A stretch of 64,000 bases of DNA from an uncultured bacterium (GCA_964387845.1 CAYLXA010000006.1:135040-199039), one strand, 5' to 3'; shown: positions 9,496 to 19,962, numbered from the stretch's first letter. The notes: generated by a model from the sequence alone, not told the origin. Numbers and translations: made by a program.

Positions 9496-10790
9496 GCTCA
9501 ACTCAAGAAGCGAAAACCGGTTCTGAAACGGCCAACACCGCTGTGAAGTTGGTCGGCGAGTCTGTTTCTGTCCTTGGGCTTGGAAAAAGCGGATTTGAAA
9601 GCGCGAAGTTTCTTGCCAAGCGCGGCGTTCAAGTGTTTGCCAGCGAATCCAAATTCTCGCCGGAATTACTCAAGCGCAAAGAAGAGCTCGAACAGCTTGG
9701 TGTCCGCGTTGAAATCGGAAAACATTCCATCCGATCGATCGCGCGGGCCGATCGTGTCATTATTTCTCCCGGGATCCCGCCGTCTGCGCCGGTCTATGAA
9801 TCGCTTCGGAAAAAGAAAATCCCGATTTGGAGCGAAATCGAACTGGCATATCAATTTTGCCCGGCACCCATTATTGCCGTGACCGGGACGAACGGAAAAA
9901 CGACCGTCACATCATTAATTGCGCGAATTTTATGCGCCAATCAGTTTCATGCGATTTCCTGCGGCAACATTGGCAACCCGCTGATCGGTGAAATCGAAAA
10001 TTTAACGGATCAATCCATTGCTGTCACTGAGGTTAGTTCGTTTCAACTCCAAAACATTGATCAATTTCGTCCCTATATCGGTATCGTGCTTAATCTCACC
10101 GTTAATCACCTAGACTGGCACGCCAATTTTGCAGAATACGCGGCAGCCAAATGGAACTTGTTTAAAAATCAAAGGCCGCACGATTATGCGTTTTTAAATG
10201 CCGACGATATTGAAAGCATGCACCGCGCGGATTTGATTCAATCGCAAAAAGTTTATTTCAACGGCGGCGAGCACGAAAACCCGAATTTTGCGGCGTGCCT
10301 TGCAGTGGCGAATTTGTACCGGCTGGATGATCACAAAACGCGAAAAATCATCGATGAATTTCCCGGCATTGAGCATAGGCTCGAAAAAGTGCCGTCCCGG
10401 GATGGTTTTCGGTACTTTAATGATTCGAAATCAACGACAATCGCATCGCTCGGTTGGGCGCTTGACCGGATGAAAGACAAAGCCGTATTAATCATGGGCG
10501 GTAAGCATAAAGGCGGTGATTTTTCGGTCTTACGCGATAAAATAAAATCAAAAGTTCGTTTTTTGGTTTTAATCGGAGAGGCCGCGCCGGTTTTGGAGAA
10601 AGCCTTTGGAAGAATTGTTAAAACCATGACGGCGCCCAATTTGGAACAAGCGGTCCGGCAGGCGCGTGCGGCGGCTTGCGCAAGTGACGCCATTTTATTT
10701 TCGCCGGCGTGTGCAAGTTTTGATATGTTCGAAAATTACGAAGACCGGGGCCGGAAGTTTAAAGCCATTGTTCAAAGCTTTCAGAAATAA
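9492..10790 (+). CDS. murD: UDP-N-acetylmuramoylalanine--D-glutamate ligase
   Basis: 'VTGTNGKTTVTSL' P-loop. ATG at 9492 overlaps the mraY stop (ATGA). The ORF-track start at 9438 is probably an upstream extension. Confidence 0.88.
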   Translation: MSSTQEAKTGSETANTAVKLVGESVSVLGLGKSGFESAKFLAKRGVQVFASESKFSPELLKRKEELEQLGVRVEIGKHSIRSIARADRVIISPGIPPSAPVYESLRKKKIPIWSEIELAYQFCPAPIIAVTGTNGKTTVTSLIARILCANQFHAISCGNIGNPLIGEIENLTDQSIAVTEVSSFQLQNIDQFRPYIGIVLNLTVNHLDWHANFAEYAAAKWNLFKNQRPHDYAFLNADDIESMHRADLIQSQKVYFNGGEHENPNFAACLAVANLYRLDDHKTRKIIDEFPGIEHRLEKVPSRDGFRYFNDSKSTTIASLGWALDRMKDKAVLIMGGKHKGGDFSVLRDKIKSKVRFLVLIGEAAPVLEKAFGRIVKTMTAPNLEQAVRQARAAACASDAILFSPACASFDMFENYEDRGRKFKAIVQSFQK

Positions 10791-10830
10791 AACCGGCCAA
10801 CATTAATCTTCATGATTATTTGAGATCCTC

Positions 10831-11940
10831 ATGTCACAAGAATCCAGAAGCATTTTTATTGTGATGCTTCTTTTAATTGCCGTCGGCGTGATCATGATCT
10901 ACAGCGCTAGCGCGGTGTTTGCGGACCAATTGTTCGGAAGTTCCACTTATTTCCTGCGCCGTCAGCTTTTTTATTTAATTTTGGGCCTTCTGGCGTTCGG
11001 TGTTAGTTACTATGCAAACCCCGAATTTTTAAGAAGTCACGCAAAGGGGCTCATGATTTTCGCTTTTTTCATACTGCTCCTCGTTTTTATTCCCGGGCTC
11101 GGCCATTCGGCGGGCGGTGCGCGGCGCTGGATCGGTTTCTCGTTTTTTACATTCCAACCTGTTGAATATGCGAAACTGGCGGTTTGTTTGTATCTATCGG
11201 ACTACCTCACCCGAAAAATGAAATTGATGGTAACGGGGGACCATATGGTTTTAGTTCCGCCTATCGCAATACTGCTTTTTATGCTCTCACTTTTAATCGC
11301 GCAGCCTGATCTTGGTTCAACTATTTTTGTTTTAATGATCGCAGGCATTTTGTTCATTTTGGCCGGCATCCGGCTGAGATATATTGCCATGGCAGTGGTT
11401 CCGGTCGTTTTTGCCATCGTTATTTTGATCATCAAGGCGCCGTACCGGATGAACCGCATCGCGGCTTTCTTGGATCCCTGGAAGGACCCGCGCGGCACGG
11501 GATTTCAAATTATTCAATCGTTTCTTGCGTTTTCATCCGGGGGCGTGAAGGGTGTAGGGCTCGGCCAAAGCACCCAAAAATTATTTTATTTGCCGCAAAG
11601 CTACACCGATTTTATCTTTTCAATTATTGCCGAAGAGCTTGGTCTTATCGGCGCGTTGTTTGTGGTTTCGCTCTACGGTTGTTTTTTTGTGATGGGCGTC
11701 CGGATTGCCAACAAAACACACGACCCGTTTTACCGCCTCTTTGCTTATTCACTGGTGCTGATTATTACACTGCAGGCTTTGATCAATATTCTGGTGACAA
11801 CCGGGCTTGTGCCGACCAAAGGGCTTCCGCTTCCGTTCGTCAGTTACGGCGGTACTTCACTTATTTTTAATATGATCGCAGTCGGTCTTCTGCTGGCGAT
11901 TGACCGTCATATTGTTTATAGATCTCCCGCTTATCGTTAA
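10831..11940 (+). CDS. ftsW: SEDS-family peptidoglycan glycosyltransferase / cell division protein FtsW
   Basis: A 10-TM SEDS protein placed between murD and murG as in canonical dcw clusters. Confidence 0.85.
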   Translation: MSQESRSIFIVMLLLIAVGVIMIYSASAVFADQLFGSSTYFLRRQLFYLILGLLAFGVSYYANPEFLRSHAKGLMIFAFFILLLVFIPGLGHSAGGARRWIGFSFFTFQPVEYAKLAVCLYLSDYLTRKMKLMVTGDHMVLVPPIAILLFMLSLLIAQPDLGSTIFVLMIAGILFILAGIRLRYIAMAVVPVVFAIVILIIKAPYRMNRIAAFLDPWKDPRGTGFQIIQSFLAFSSGGVKGVGLGQSTQKLFYLPQSYTDFIFSIIAEELGLIGALFVVSLYGCFFVMGVRIANKTHDPFYRLFAYSLVLIITLQALINILVTTGLVPTKGLPLPFVSYGGTSLIFNMIAVGLLLAIDRHIVYRSPAYR

Positions 11941-11944
11941 CGCT

Positions 11945-13033
11945 ATGAGAGAGGCGCCAAAACATTCGATAGTGATTACAACCGGAATGACGGGAGGGCA
12001 TTTTTTCCCGGCTTTGAGTTTTGCGGAAAGTTTTGCAGCCGCACATCCTGATTTTGAAGTTCATTTTCTGCTTCCGCGCGAGAATAAACGATTTGATCTG
12101 GCACGCGTGAATCCTAAAATTTCCTTTCACCCGATTCCAGTCGAGCCTTTTCCGCGCGCTTTTAGTTTAAAGCTCATGTCTTTTTTGATACACTATCTGC
12201 GTTCTTTGAGAGCTACTTTTCAATTTTTTTCCCGCAGAAAACCGGCGGTAATTGTAAGTTTCGGGAGTTACGGCTCATTTCCAGGTGTTTTATGTGCTTG
12301 GGTTCTTGGAATTCCCGTAGTCTTGCATGAACAAAACCGGATTGCGGGCTGGGCAAATCGTTTGGCGTCTTTTTTAGCAACGTATGTGGCGGTATCGTTT
12401 TCTGATACGAGCGGGATCGTGTTGAAAGGCAAAATCAAAAAAGTCGGATATCCGCTTAGAAAAGAAATTTTGGAAGCGGCTCATAGAAAACAGAGCGAGG
12501 CAGCAAACAGCCGGCCGGCGAATATTCTCGTTTTGGGAGGTTCACAGGGTGCCTCAGCCATCAATGAGGCTGTTTTAGAGCTCTTCGATAAATTATCTGT
12601 TGAGGAAAAACAAAAATTAGCCGTAATACATATCACCGGCGAGGCGCAGCATTCCGAGGTTTTGAAGCGCTATCAAGCGAACGGCGTGAAACATCAAGTG
12701 TTCGCGTTTTCGGATGAAATGCATCGCTGGTACGAGCAGGCGGATCTTGTGATTGCGCGTGCCGGCGCAGGAACGGTCTTTGAGTTGATCGAATTTAATT
12801 TGCCGTCGGTTTTGATTCCGTATCCGTTTGCACATTCGCATCAATTCAAAAATGCGCAATATTTGGAAGAAAAACGGATGGCTATGATTATCGAACAAAC
12901 GGAATTAACAGCGACGCGGCTTCACAGTGCAATTTTTGAAATGTTGAAGCGTTTTGATCAAAAGGACAAGTCGCCGCGCGTGATGCAAAATCCGAATCAA
13001 AATTTTATTCAGTTGGTTGATCAATTGATTTAA
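11945..13033 (+). CDS. murG: undecaprenyldiphospho-muramoylpentapeptide beta-N-acetylglucosaminyltransferase
   Basis: N-terminal 'ITTGMTGGHFFPAL' G-loop, GT28 fold length, dcw position. ATG at 11945 is preferred over the track's TTG at 11900. Confidence 0.88.
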   Translation: MREAPKHSIVITTGMTGGHFFPALSFAESFAAAHPDFEVHFLLPRENKRFDLARVNPKISFHPIPVEPFPRAFSLKLMSFLIHYLRSLRATFQFFSRRKPAVIVSFGSYGSFPGVLCAWVLGIPVVLHEQNRIAGWANRLASFLATYVAVSFSDTSGIVLKGKIKKVGYPLRKEILEAAHRKQSEAANSRPANILVLGGSQGASAINEAVLELFDKLSVEEKQKLAVIHITGEAQHSEVLKRYQANGVKHQVFAFSDEMHRWYEQADLVIARAGAGTVFELIEFNLPSVLIPYPFAHSHQFKNAQYLEEKRMAMIIEQTELTATRLHSAIFEMLKRFDQKDKSPRVMQNPNQNFIQLVDQLI

Positions 13034-13058
13034 GAGCAGTCAACCATGAGGGCGTCCT

Positions 13059-14471
13059 ATGACACAGTTACAGCAGGCGGTTAAGGACATTCAAAGTCTT
13101 TTACAGCCCGGAAAACGGGCTCATTTAATCGGTGTGGGCGGCGTCGGCATGAGTGCGCTTGCCAAGGTTTTGAAGCATATGGGCCTTGCCGTCAGCGGAT
13201 CCGATATGAAAGCAGGCCGCGTCGCTTCCGAGCTCACTTCCGGCGGCATTCAGATTTTCAACGGGCATGATAGCCACAACGTTTCCAATTGCGATTTCAT
13301 TATTTATTCTTCCGCCATCCGTGTTGACAATCCCGAAAGGCGCCAGGCGCTGATTAGCGGTATTCCGTCTTTTCATCGCGCAGAAGTTTTGTCGAATATC
13401 ATGAACCGGGGTATTTCAATCGGCGTTACAGGCACGCACGGTAAAACAACCACATCGGCCCTCATTAGCTTTTTGCTTCAAGCTGCAGGTTTACGCCCGA
13501 CTTGTTTGGTGGGTGGTAATATTTTAAATTTCGGATCCAACACGCTGCTTGGCGATCCCAATCTTTTTGTCGCAGAAGTGGACGAGAGCGATAAAAGCCA
13601 TTTGAATTTTAAGCCTGATTTTGCGGTTTTGACCAATCTCGAAGAAGACCACATGGATGTCTATCAGGATTTTGCGAATCTGCAGCTCGCATTTTCCCAG
13701 TTTGTCGAAAACATTCAGCACTCGGGACATGTGATCTTTTCGGCGCACGATTCAAACCTAAAGGAGATTACGCGCATTACAACCCGCAAAACGGATTACG
13801 GATTGTCGCGCAATTACGGTTTTGGAGCAGAAGAAGTTGTGTTGGAGGGCTTTCAGTCGCGCTTCCGGCTTTACGAAAAAGGTGAATTTATTTCAACGGT
13901 TTCGCTAACCGTGCCGGGCATGCACAACGTGCTGAATGCGCTTGGCGCAATCGCGACGCTCAGAACCTTTGGAATTCCGTTCAGAAGTTTCGAAGCAGCG
14001 CTCCCCAAATTTCGCGGTGCCGGACGTCGGCTCGAGGTGAAGCTTGAGCATCGCGGCTGGACCGTTATTGATGATTACGCGCATCATCCCACGGAAGTGA
14101 TTGCGTCATTGAAAGCAATTCGGACATTGGGCAAACCGACGACGGTGGTGTTTCAGCCGCACCGGTATTCGCGCATGCAGTATCTCGGAGAGTCGTTTTC
14201 TAAAGCATTTCATCATGCAGATTGCCTCATTTTAACGGATATTTACAGTGCAAATGAAGAGAATGCAAAAGGAATTGATGTGAGCGACTTGTATGAAATG
14301 GTAAAAAGTGCCGGGCATCCGAATGTTCGCATGGTAGCCCGCGATCAATTAATCGATCATTTGCTCCAGGACTCCGCAGGCGAAGGCGTGGTTGCCTTTC
14401 TCGGAGCCGGAGATATCGGAGAGGTGGCCTGTGAATTTGCCGAACGGCTTCGTGGTTCCGATCCAGAATAA
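13059..14471 (+). CDS. murC: UDP-N-acetylmuramate--L-alanine ligase
   Basis: 'GVTGTHGKTTTSAL' P-loop and an N-terminal Rossmann 'GVGGVGMSALA'. Confidence 0.9.
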   Translation: MTQLQQAVKDIQSLLQPGKRAHLIGVGGVGMSALAKVLKHMGLAVSGSDMKAGRVASELTSGGIQIFNGHDSHNVSNCDFIIYSSAIRVDNPERRQALISGIPSFHRAEVLSNIMNRGISIGVTGTHGKTTTSALISFLLQAAGLRPTCLVGGNILNFGSNTLLGDPNLFVAEVDESDKSHLNFKPDFAVLTNLEEDHMDVYQDFANLQLAFSQFVENIQHSGHVIFSAHDSNLKEITRITTRKTDYGLSRNYGFGAEEVVLEGFQSRFRLYEKGEFISTVSLTVPGMHNVLNALGAIATLRTFGIPFRSFEAALPKFRGAGRRLEVKLEHRGWTVIDDYAHHPTEVIASLKAIRTLGKPTTVVFQPHRYSRMQYLGESFSKAFHHADCLILTDIYSANEENAKGIDVSDLYEMVKSAGHPNVRMVARDQLIDHLLQDSAGEGVVAFLGAGDIGEVACEFAERLRGSDPE

Positions 14472-15366
14472 CGTTCCGCTTTGCCGGTTTTCAACTTTGC
14501 AAATCGGCGGCCCGGCTGCCTATTTTGCAGAGCCGGATACGCGCGAAGCACTATTACCGCTTCTGGAATTTCAAAAACAGGAAAATCTCCCGCTTCTTGT
14601 AATCGGCCGCGGTTCCAATATTTTATTTTCCGACGAAGGATTCCCAGGGCTTGTTATTTCGCTTCGGAAATTTGAACTCGAACGCATTCAATTCAATCCC
14701 AAAGGCCTAGTAAAAGTTTCCGCCGGTATGAGCCTTTTTCGATTGTCCGCATTATGCCAGGAGCAGGGAGTGAGCGGGCTTGAATTCATTTGCCACATTC
14801 CCGGCACTGTCGGCGGTGCTTGCGCCATGAATGCCGGTTTCGGCCGCGCCGGGGTTCATTATCAGGAAATCAAAGACGTTCTAAATTCGGTCACGGTTTT
14901 GGATGCGGCAACAAGCAAATTGCGTGTGATTCAACGCAGTGAAATTGATTTTCAATACCGCAAAAGCAGTCTCGAGCGGGAAATTGTTTTAGATGCCACG
15001 TTCCAATTAAAGCCATCCACACGCGAGGCGGTGCGAGATGAAGTAAAAGCCAACTTTGCTTATCGGAATTCCGTGCAGGATCTGCGCTATCCGAGCGCCG
15101 GATCCGTTTTTAAGAATCCGAAAAAACCCACGGAATCAGCCGGGAAGCTGATCGACCGCGCAGGGCTTCGCGGAACGCGGATCGGCGGCGCCATGATTTC
15201 GGAAAAACACGGCAATTTTATTTTAAACGTCGGAAATGCAAAGTCAGCCGACGTTTTGCAGCTTATTGATTTGGCAAAATCTCGGGTTCTTGAGCAGTTT
15301 GGTATTGAGTTAGAGCCCGAAGTAAAACTGATGGTGCCCGGCTTGTCGTCTGCGTGCGCCGTTTAA
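14431..15366 (+). CDS. murB: UDP-N-acetylenolpyruvoylglucosamine reductase
   Basis: 'VPLCRFSTLQIGGPAAYF' FAD-binding N-terminus and a MurB C-terminal domain. GTG at 14431 follows a GGAGAGG RBS. The gene overlaps the murC 3' end. Confidence 0.8.
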   Translation: MNLPNGFVVPIQNNVPLCRFSTLQIGGPAAYFAEPDTREALLPLLEFQKQENLPLLVIGRGSNILFSDEGFPGLVISLRKFELERIQFNPKGLVKVSAGMSLFRLSALCQEQGVSGLEFICHIPGTVGGACAMNAGFGRAGVHYQEIKDVLNSVTVLDAATSKLRVIQRSEIDFQYRKSSLEREIVLDATFQLKPSTREAVRDEVKANFAYRNSVQDLRYPSAGSVFKNPKKPTESAGKLIDRAGLRGTRIGGAMISEKHGNFILNVGNAKSADVLQLIDLAKSRVLEQFGIELEPEVKLMVPGLSSACAV

Positions 15367-15396
15367 TGCAAACTCCACAACATTGACAGGGAATTC

Positions 15397-16326
15397 GTGA
15401 AATCGTTTAATCAAATCTGCGTACTTTTGGGAGGTAACTCGCACGAACGTGAAATTTCAATCCGTTCTGGATCTGCAGTGGCCGAAGCGCTTGTCCGCTC
15501 CGGGTTCGAAGTCTCGCAGCTTGATGCTAAAAACGGCTGGCGTGAAAAACTCAAAAATAAAAAACCTGACGCAGTATTTGTGGCGCTTCACGGTACCGGC
15601 GGAGAAGACGGCGAGGCGCAAAAAGTTTTAGAGGGCCTCGGAATCCCTTATGTCGGTTCCAGCCCTGATGCAAGTTTGGATGCTTTTGATAAACTCCGCT
15701 CCAAAAGAATATTCGAGAAAGAATCCATTCCGACCCCGGCCTGGGCCCTCATCACCGGAAAAAATTGGAAAAAGAAAATTGAAGAGCTGAAAATCCCGAT
15801 TTTTATCAAGCCGATTGCCGATGGTTCCAGCATCGGCGTTGAATTAATCGAATCTGAAATTGAACTAGAGCCGACGATCGAAAAGAGCCTTAAACAGTAC
15901 GAATCCATCATTGTTGAAACTGCAATCCAGGGAAGGGAGTTTACGGTCGGTATTTTAGGAGACCAGGCGTTGCCCGTATTGGAAGTGAGGCCGAAGCGCC
16001 GTTTTTATGATTACACAGCCAAATATACGAAAGGGCAGACGGATTATCTCGTCCCGGCACCGATTGATGAGAATTTTGCCGTCAAGCTTCAAGCGCTTGC
16101 GTTAAAAACGCACTTAGCTTTGGGGCTTCGCGATTTTTCAAGAGTTGACATGATTGTTGATCTGGCCGGAAATCCGTATATTTTAGAGGCCAATTCAATT
16201 CCGGGTTTTACTGAAACAAGTCTTTTGCCAAAAGCGGCCCAAGCAGTCGGAATTAGTTTTGATAAGTTGTGCGTGAAATTAGTAGAGCTTGCGTATCAGC
16301 GAGTTGCGGGGAAGGTTTATGCGTAA
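15397..16326 (+). CDS. ddl: D-alanine--D-alanine ligase
   Basis: ATP-grasp protein with 'ICVLLGGNSHEREISIRSG' N-terminus and a 'EANSIPG' C-terminal motif. GTG start. Confidence 0.88.
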   Translation: MKSFNQICVLLGGNSHEREISIRSGSAVAEALVRSGFEVSQLDAKNGWREKLKNKKPDAVFVALHGTGGEDGEAQKVLEGLGIPYVGSSPDASLDAFDKLRSKRIFEKESIPTPAWALITGKNWKKKIEELKIPIFIKPIADGSSIGVELIESEIELEPTIEKSLKQYESIIVETAIQGREFTVGILGDQALPVLEVRPKRRFYDYTAKYTKGQTDYLVPAPIDENFAVKLQALALKTHLALGLRDFSRVDMIVDLAGNPYILEANSIPGFTETSLLPKAAQAVGISFDKLCVKLVELAYQRVAGKVYA

Positions 16327-17128
16327 GCGTTCAAACCGCGGAAAATCAAAAAATATTTTCGTCCGTCTTTTTGAAAAAATATTTCTTTTGTTTTTCTTGC
16401 TATGGAAAAGCATCCCAATCCTAATTATTGCCGCAATTTTTTACTTCTCATTTTTCGGTGTCAAAGATTTGTTAAGTGCGGATTCTCATTTTCAAATCGC
16501 CAGTCTTAAAATTTTTCCGCGCGGCATATTGACTGATCAGGAATATCAGGCGCTCGAGCGGCGTTCAACCGGTGTTAATTTACTCAAAGCCGACCTCCGG
16601 ACGCTCAGGGCAATGATTGAAACAAATCCCAAAGTTAAGCAGGCGGATGTGGTCCGAAAACTTCCAAATGAACTGGAAATTACGCTGACGCCTCGAAAAG
16701 TGGCCATGCAGTTTCGGACGTCGCCCCGCGGCCCGTTCTACACGCTCGGCGAAGATGCGGTCGTGATGTCGTCGGCAGATTCCCGGGATTTATCGCTCAT
16801 TGAATTCTCGAATTTTGACTATGCCGCGAAACGCCTTTCGCCTCTTGACCGTTATTCCGATCCTTCTTGGCACAAGCTCCAGTCGATTTTGGACTCTTTG
16901 AAAAAGCATGACGCAACAAAGCGGGAAAAGGTTGACCGCGTATCAGTTGATAAAACCGGAAATTTTACGGTGTCGTTTGTAGGCGGTCTTGAGCTTGTAC
17001 TGCGTGATACGAGCGATATGACAAACCAAAAAATGATAGCGCTCGGGAACTTGTTGGCGTCACCGGAACGGGACTTGATTGCTTATATTGATTTGCGCCA
17101 CCTTGACATTATTTTGAAGTACAAATAA
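16319..17128 (+). CDS. ftsQ: cell division protein FtsQ/DivIB (POTRA domain)
   Basis: A basic N-terminus, a single TM, and a periplasmic POTRA-like region. It lies between ddl and ftsA. ATG at 16319 overlaps the ddl end. Confidence 0.7.
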   Translation: MRKRSNRGKSKNIFVRLFEKIFLLFFLLWKSIPILIIAAIFYFSFFGVKDLLSADSHFQIASLKIFPRGILTDQEYQALERRSTGVNLLKADLRTLRAMIETNPKVKQADVVRKLPNELEITLTPRKVAMQFRTSPRGPFYTLGEDAVVMSSADSRDLSLIEFSNFDYAAKRLSPLDRYSDPSWHKLQSILDSLKKHDATKREKVDRVSVDKTGNFTVSFVGGLELVLRDTSDMTNQKMIALGNLLASPERDLIAYIDLRHLDIILKYK

Positions 17129-17146
17129 AACAACGCACCGTTTAGC

Positions 17147-18385
17147 ATGAACCAAAAGCCGCTTATCCGCTACATTCTGCACATCGGTACCGTCAAAATA
17201 TCGTTCCTGAAAATACTCTTTAAACCGACCGGCCAGCGCGAAATTTTAAAAACCGTAACCTGCAGTTCGGACGGTTTTGACAAAGGAGTCGTGACAGACC
17301 TGTCCAAGGCTGCCGAAAGCATTCACCAGGGGCTTAAAGTGATTACGAGCGGTTCTAACGAGTCGCTGATTCCATGCCGGGTCGTCGTGTCAAACGGCCA
17401 TCTTAAAAACTATACCTATTCGAGTTCGCTTTATTTTTACGGCAATTCGCATGAGCTCAGCATGAAGGATGTCCGCGATGTGATTGCCCAAACCCGCAGT
17501 GTAGCCACAATCCCGCTGAACGAAATGATTATCCAGGCTATTCCGCAGGAATTTTTGGTAGACAATATGGCTGGTATTTCAAATCCGATCGGCCTCGAAG
17601 CGACGCGGCTTGGCGTTACGTTACGGCTTTTTACGACCGAATATAGTATTTATCAAAATTTATTAAAAGCAACCGAGCGCGCCGATGTAGACGCGCGGGA
17701 TATCGTACCGACCTCTCTGACATCCGCTCACGCCGTCCTCACACAGGAAGAAAAGCAGGAGGGTGTAATCTTGATTGATGTGGGCGGTCACGCAACACAT
17801 GTGGTTGCGTTTCAAAACGGCATTTTGCAGGAATCAAAATCATTTCAGGATGGATCTGAGGTGATTACGGATGCTCTTGCGCGAAAATACAATCTCAAAC
17901 TGGATGAAGCGCGCCGCGTTAAAGAAACCTATGCTTCTTTGTCAAAGAAGCCTGAATTTGCCGACGAGCTTATCCCGATTTGCGACAAGGAAGGGCATAA
18001 AAGCTCACATGTTTCAAAATCGGAATTGCAAACCGAAATTGAAAGTTCTCTTTCAATTTTTACGCACAAACTGCTGGACCCGGCGCGTCACATGATTAAA
18101 AAGCACGCACCAATTACGCAAGTTGTCATGACAGGCGGCGGCGCGAAGCTGGACGGTCTTTTAGAGTTTGTTCAGCAGGAGCTTGGCTCGAGCGTGCGGC
18201 TCGGTGTTGCGAAGAATATTTTTGGAGATCAAAAAGTCATTAATGATCCCGCTTTCGCGGGCGCCATCGGCGCTTCGGACTATTCTAGTTTTATCATGGA
18301 TCCCATCACGGTTCTCAACCAATCCGGAAACGCGGTTTATAAAATCCTCAACACGGCCAAACGCTGGGTTTCCGAATACTTCTGA
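17147..18385 (+). CDS. ftsA: cell division protein FtsA (actin-like ATPase)
   Basis: 'ILIDVGGHATHVVAFQNG' phosphate-2 motif and 'VVMTGGGAKLDGLLEFVQQELGSSVRLG' adenosine motif. Confidence 0.85.
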   Translation: MNQKPLIRYILHIGTVKISFLKILFKPTGQREILKTVTCSSDGFDKGVVTDLSKAAESIHQGLKVITSGSNESLIPCRVVVSNGHLKNYTYSSSLYFYGNSHELSMKDVRDVIAQTRSVATIPLNEMIIQAIPQEFLVDNMAGISNPIGLEATRLGVTLRLFTTEYSIYQNLLKATERADVDARDIVPTSLTSAHAVLTQEEKQEGVILIDVGGHATHVVAFQNGILQESKSFQDGSEVITDALARKYNLKLDEARRVKETYASLSKKPEFADELIPICDKEGHKSSHVSKSELQTEIESSLSIFTHKLLDPARHMIKKHAPITQVVMTGGGAKLDGLLEFVQQELGSSVRLGVAKNIFGDQKVINDPAFAGAIGASDYSSFIMDPITVLNQSGNAVYKILNTAKRWVSEYF

Positions 18386-18451
18386 AGTTTGTTTTCCTCT
18401 TTATATTTAGCTGACCGACTGCTATAATTCACACCTTATTAACCGCTTATC

Positions 18452-19576
18452 ATGACTGCTACTATTATGACTCAAGACATACGCAAACTTCCGCTGCACA
18501 ACACGCACGTTCAGCTGGGCGGTAAAATGGGCGCTTTCGGCGAATGGGAAGTGCCGCTTTACTATTCAAGCATTCTCGAAGAGCATGCAGCCGTCCGTGA
18601 AAAATGCGGGATTTTTGATATTTCTCACATGGGCGAAGTTTGGTTTAGAGGTTCGAATGCGCGCAAAGCGCTCAATTCTTTGCTTCCGGGGAAAATTGAA
18701 AAGCTGGTGCCCGGCAAAGCCGTTTACAGCCCGATGCTGAATGAGCGAGGCGGCATTGTGGATGATTTGATTGTTTCGCAGATTGACGCGGATTCTTATC
18801 TCGTGGTTGTCAACGCCGCCAACGTGGAAAAGGATTACAATTGGTTTCTGGCGCACAATCCGTTGAAAGCTGAAATTGTTAACGAAAGCGATGCGTTCGG
18901 TTTGTTAGCGGTTCAGGGCCCCGAAAGCGCAAAAGTCGTGTCGCAAGTTTTTTCAGACGATATTCTCAAGCTTCCGTATTACCACATCCAAAAATCGGAC
19001 ATTCCCTGGAAGGGAAGTTATATTTCCCGGACCGGTTACACGGGAGAAATCGGCTTTGAAATTTTTCTGGCCCAAAAAAATTTAAAACCCGCGTATAATA
19101 CATTTCTTGAAATTGGAAAATCGTTCGGAATCAAACCCATTGGATTTGGCGCGCGCGATACTTTGAGGCTTGAGTCCTGCATGCTGCTGTACGGGCAAGA
19201 CATGAATGATGACACCTCGCCGCTCGAAGCCGGGCTTGAATGGACTTTGGATCTCGAGAAAGATTTTGTCGGAAAAGATCCGCTCGTCAAATTAAAAACG
19301 CAGGGAATCGCGAAGAAGCTTGTCGGATTTGAAATGATTGACCGCGGACTTGCGCGCCATGACTATTCTGTTTTTAAAAACGGAAAAATAATCGGAAAAG
19401 TAACGAGCGGAACGTTTGCACCGACTTTGAAGAAAAATATCGGTCTAGCCTATGTCGATACGCCGGAATCTGCGGTCGGCAATGAAATTCAAATTCAGAT
19501 CCGAGACCAACAGGCGAAAGCCAGAATTGTGAAAACGCCTTTTTACAAAAAAAATACCACGAAGGAGATTGTATGA
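18452..19576 (+). CDS. gcvT: glycine cleavage system aminomethyltransferase T
   Basis: 'LHNTHVQLGGKMGAFGEWEVPLYY' and a GcvT fold, followed by gcvH-gcvP. Confidence 0.9.
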   Translation: MTATIMTQDIRKLPLHNTHVQLGGKMGAFGEWEVPLYYSSILEEHAAVREKCGIFDISHMGEVWFRGSNARKALNSLLPGKIEKLVPGKAVYSPMLNERGGIVDDLIVSQIDADSYLVVVNAANVEKDYNWFLAHNPLKAEIVNESDAFGLLAVQGPESAKVVSQVFSDDILKLPYYHIQKSDIPWKGSYISRTGYTGEIGFEIFLAQKNLKPAYNTFLEIGKSFGIKPIGFGARDTLRLESCMLLYGQDMNDDTSPLEAGLEWTLDLEKDFVGKDPLVKLKTQGIAKKLVGFEMIDRGLARHDYSVFKNGKIIGKVTSGTFAPTLKKNIGLAYVDTPESAVGNEIQIQIRDQQAKARIVKTPFYKKNTTKEIV

Positions 19577-19962
19577 ATTTCCCGAAAGAACTGCACTATA
19601 CCAAAACACACGAATGGGCTAAGAAAAACGCGGATTCGGTGACGGTCGGCATCAGCGATTACGCGCAGCATGAAATCTCGGACATTGTGTTTGTTGAGCT
19701 TCCGAAAGTCGGCCAAAAAGTGGCGCAGGGGAAGGCGATTTCTGTGGTAGAATCCGTGAAAGCCGCGTTCGATATTTATGCCCCGGTGTCGGGCACGGTG
19801 AAATCGATTAACACAACGCTGGAATCGGACCCGTCGATTGTTAATCGCGACTGTTATGGTAACGGCTGGTTTTTTGAAATCACGCCGGATAACGCGGGTG
19901 AATTAAGTTCGCTTTTATCTGCCGAACAATATGAGAGTTTTTTAAAGGAAGCTGCGCACTAA
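19573..19962 (+). CDS. gcvH: glycine cleavage system H protein (lipoyl carrier)
   Basis: Lipoyl-lysine motif 'VESVKAAFDIYAPVSG'. 129 aa. ATGA overlap with gcvT. Confidence 0.9.
   Translation: MNFPKELHYTKTHEWAKKNADSVTVGISDYAQHEISDIVFVELPKVGQKVAQGKAISVVESVKAAFDIYAPVSGTVKSINTTLESDPSIVNRDCYGNGWFFEITPDNAGELSSLLSAEQYESFLKEAAH

Noticed and set aside
18300-18451. Possible glycine riboswitch upstream of gcvT
   Set aside because: No ACCGAAGG / GGAGAG core elements were found, and the leader is only 66 bp. A riboswitch is therefore unlikely.
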